Assembly: GCA_965223425.1 (NCBI GenBank)
Contig: OZ245003.1
Span: forward strand, 736,001-800,000
Origin: Nitrosopumilus sp.
GTDB taxonomy: Archaea; Thermoproteota; Nitrososphaeria; Nitrososphaerales; Nitrosopumilaceae
Direction: 5' to 3'
DNA length: 64,000 nt
The first letter of the stretch is position 1; every line of letters begins with the position of its first letter. Below are positions 61,878 to 64,000 of the stretch, in pieces. A model generated the notes under the pieces. It saw only the letters and a program-made list of their open reading frames with translations. It was not told the origin of the DNA and ran no database searches. Position numbers and translations under genes: made by a program.

Positions 61878-62614
61878 CAGGAAAAGTGTATCTTGTTGGG
61901 GCTGGACCTGGAGACAGTAAACTAATCACATTACGGGCAGTTGAGCTGCTCAAAAAGGCTGACGTTGTTTTGTATGACAGACTGGTAAGCAAAAAAATTA
62001 TTTCCATGATTCCAAAACCTACAAAAAAAGTCCATGTCGGACGAGCAGTAGGGGATGACACTGCTCATCAGAACACAACTAATGATTTGATGGTAAGTTA
62101 TGCAAAATCTAAAAAAAATATAGTTCGACTAAAGGGCGGTGATCCAATAATCTTTGGTCGTGGTGGAGAAGAGGCAGAATTTCTCAAAGAAAATAAGATA
62201 AAATATGAGATTGTTCCCGGAATCACCTCTGGAATTGGCTCGGCAACTTATGCTGGAATTCCTCTCACTCATAGAAAACACGCTTCATCGGTGGTCTTTG
62301 TTACCGGACATGAGGATCCTGAAAAGAAAAATGAGATTGTAAAATGGAAAAGACTTGCAAAATCCGTAGACACCATTGTGATAATGATGGGGCTATCAAG
62401 AATTGATATTATCTGTAAGCAACTTGTATCTGGTGGAATGGACAAAAACACGCCTGTGGCAGTCATTCAAAACGGCACAACTCCTGAGCAGAAAATGATT
62501 AAAGGAACAGTGACAAACATCGCAAAAAAAATAAAAGCAAATAAAATTACACCTCCTACCAATATCATAATTGGTAAGGTTGTTGATTTGTCAGACACTG
62601 TTGGATGGAAATAA
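61874..62614 (+). CDS. cobA: Uroporphyrinogen-III C-methyltransferase
   Basis: 'VGAGPGD' and 'RLKGGDP..FGRGGEE'. Confidence 0.96.
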   Translation: MTGKVYLVGAGPGDSKLITLRAVELLKKADVVLYDRLVSKKIISMIPKPTKKVHVGRAVGDDTAHQNTTNDLMVSYAKSKKNIVRLKGGDPIIFGRGGEEAEFLKENKIKYEIVPGITSGIGSATYAGIPLTHRKHASSVVFVTGHEDPEKKNEIVKWKRLAKSVDTIVIMMGLSRIDIICKQLVSGGMDKNTPVAVIQNGTTPEQKMIKGTVTNIAKKIKANKITPPTNIIIGKVVDLSDTVGWK

Positions 62615-63423
62615 TGATGATGATGCTTGAAGGAAAGACCATAGCAATCACTCGGTCAAAAGATGATGCCACTGAATTTGTTGAACTTGCTCAGCAAAGT
62701 GGCGCAACGCCAGTACCATTGCCCACAATTGAGCTTGTAAGCAAAGGCGAAAAAATTGTTGACGAATTTTTAGGATCAATGGAACAGTACAATCCTGACT
62801 ACTCTGTATTTATGAGCTCAAAAGCAGTCAAACTGCTGTTTGATACTGCTGCCAAACAAGTTGGAAAACTAGGGAAATTACAATTGGCAGTTGCAAATAC
62901 TGCAGTCATGTCTGTTGGGCCAAAGACTACTGTTGCCCTTGAAGCTGAAGGAATCAAAGTGAATCATCAGCCTACGACGTTCTCATCAGTTGGAGTTGGT
63001 GAGGAATTTACAAAAATTAACGCTGTTGGAAAAAAGGCAATTGTTCCACGTAGCGGTGCATCGACTCCTTTTCTCAAAGAGCTTCTAAGCAAGATTGGAA
63101 TTGTTGTGTTGGAAGTTCACTTGTATGATGTTTGTACTTTCAGAGACACAACCCAGTGGAATGGATTCAGGGAATTATTTTCACAAGACAAAGTGGATGG
63201 TGTCGTGTTTACCAGCGCATCTTCTGTTCGTGGATTCTTTGATATAATGTCAAAAGATTATGATGAAGAAATCTTGCTTGATAATCTTGCAAAACTGTCT
63301 GTTGTGTCTATTGGCCCATTTACTTCAGGAGAATTAAAAAAATTCAATATCAAAAACACTGTCGCAGAAGTTCATACTGTCACAGGCGCCTTTGATGCTA
63401 TGAAAAATACTCTGACAGCCTGA
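62605..63423 (+). CDS. hemD: Uroporphyrinogen-III synthase
   Basis: 'ITR', 'VGPKT', 'FTSASSV' and 'IGPFT'. Confidence 0.92.
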   Translation: MEIMMMMLEGKTIAITRSKDDATEFVELAQQSGATPVPLPTIELVSKGEKIVDEFLGSMEQYNPDYSVFMSSKAVKLLFDTAAKQVGKLGKLQLAVANTAVMSVGPKTTVALEAEGIKVNHQPTTFSSVGVGEEFTKINAVGKKAIVPRSGASTPFLKELLSKIGIVVLEVHLYDVCTFRDTTQWNGFRELFSQDKVDGVVFTSASSVRGFFDIMSKDYDEEILLDNLAKLSVVSIGPFTSGELKKFNIKNTVAEVHTVTGAFDAMKNTLTA

Positions 63424-63652
63424 TTTTGCAAATCCTATCTTCTCTGTAATCCTCTCGATATTGGATCTCTGGAGATCTTTGGCAAAATGATACTCCATTA
63501 TTCAACATCTCCCAAATATCTATGCAAGTAAGTCAAGACATTTTTGTGTCTTGCAAGAGCTTCTAATCTGGTTTGATTTGTTAGGCTGTTTTCTAGTAGG
63601 TAATCTAAAATGTTTGCTAGTTCATCACGGACACAAGTTTGATCCATCAATT

Positions 63653-64000
63653 AAAGACAGAGTTCTGATGCTGTCAATGTACTACAGAATGTACACAACA
63701 CACGATATGTTGGGAATGATATTTGACCTGAACAAGTCAAATGTGGTGCGAGATATCAGATATTTGGAGCCCGCAGTAAAACAGTCAATCCCGATTCCCG
63801 CCAAAAAGTATGCAGGTTCAAAAAAGATCAGCGGCATGCAGCAACTCCAAGAGTTCTTCCCAGAACTAATTGCAATCACAGACGGTACAGAGCAGCCAAT
63901 ACCGAGGCCAAAAAACAAACGCAAACGTAAAACACGCTATTCAGGCAAAAAGAAAGATCACACAGTACAAAACCAGATTACGATAAATCTTGACGGAACC
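63653..64000 (+). mobile_element. Second, 5'-truncated IS5-family copy running off the window
   Basis: Near-identical to ~27940-28286. Confidence 0.9.

Overview
This is an archaeal chromosome segment, and its gene content points to a Nitrosopumilus-like ammonia oxidiser; the heavy IS load and large GC-rich surface protein suggest a host-associated lineage (inference). The core backbone carries rhodanese, GT2, an Na+/H+ antiporter, rpl10e, endA, an ABC-2 exporter, pstSCAB-phoU, sbtAB, arsR-arsC-aquaporin, hemL-hemC-cobA-hemD and tRNA-Gly/tRNA-Glu. It is interrupted by many mobile elements (ISH3-like, IS630, IS5, IS110, IS6-like, MITEs and integrase islands). The main find lies between pstS and pstC: a tnpB-only element (47913-50534) with perfect 20-bp terminal inverted repeats and an 8-bp target duplication, a DDE/IS6-type signature rather than IS200/605 or IS607. 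The same TIR ends a SWIM-IS6-like transposase element at 57017. An IS110 element sits inside one TIR, and its leader contains guide-like matches to that TIR and to its own end. Other notable items are a short-arm tRNA-like gene with alanine identity (G3:U70) but a CAG anticodon, TSD-bounded ISH3/MITE cargo units, an unusually large Zn-finger IS6-like transposase followed by stacked end sequences, and a recurrent integrase-linked site joined to different cargo. All calls come from reading the sequence; no searches were run.
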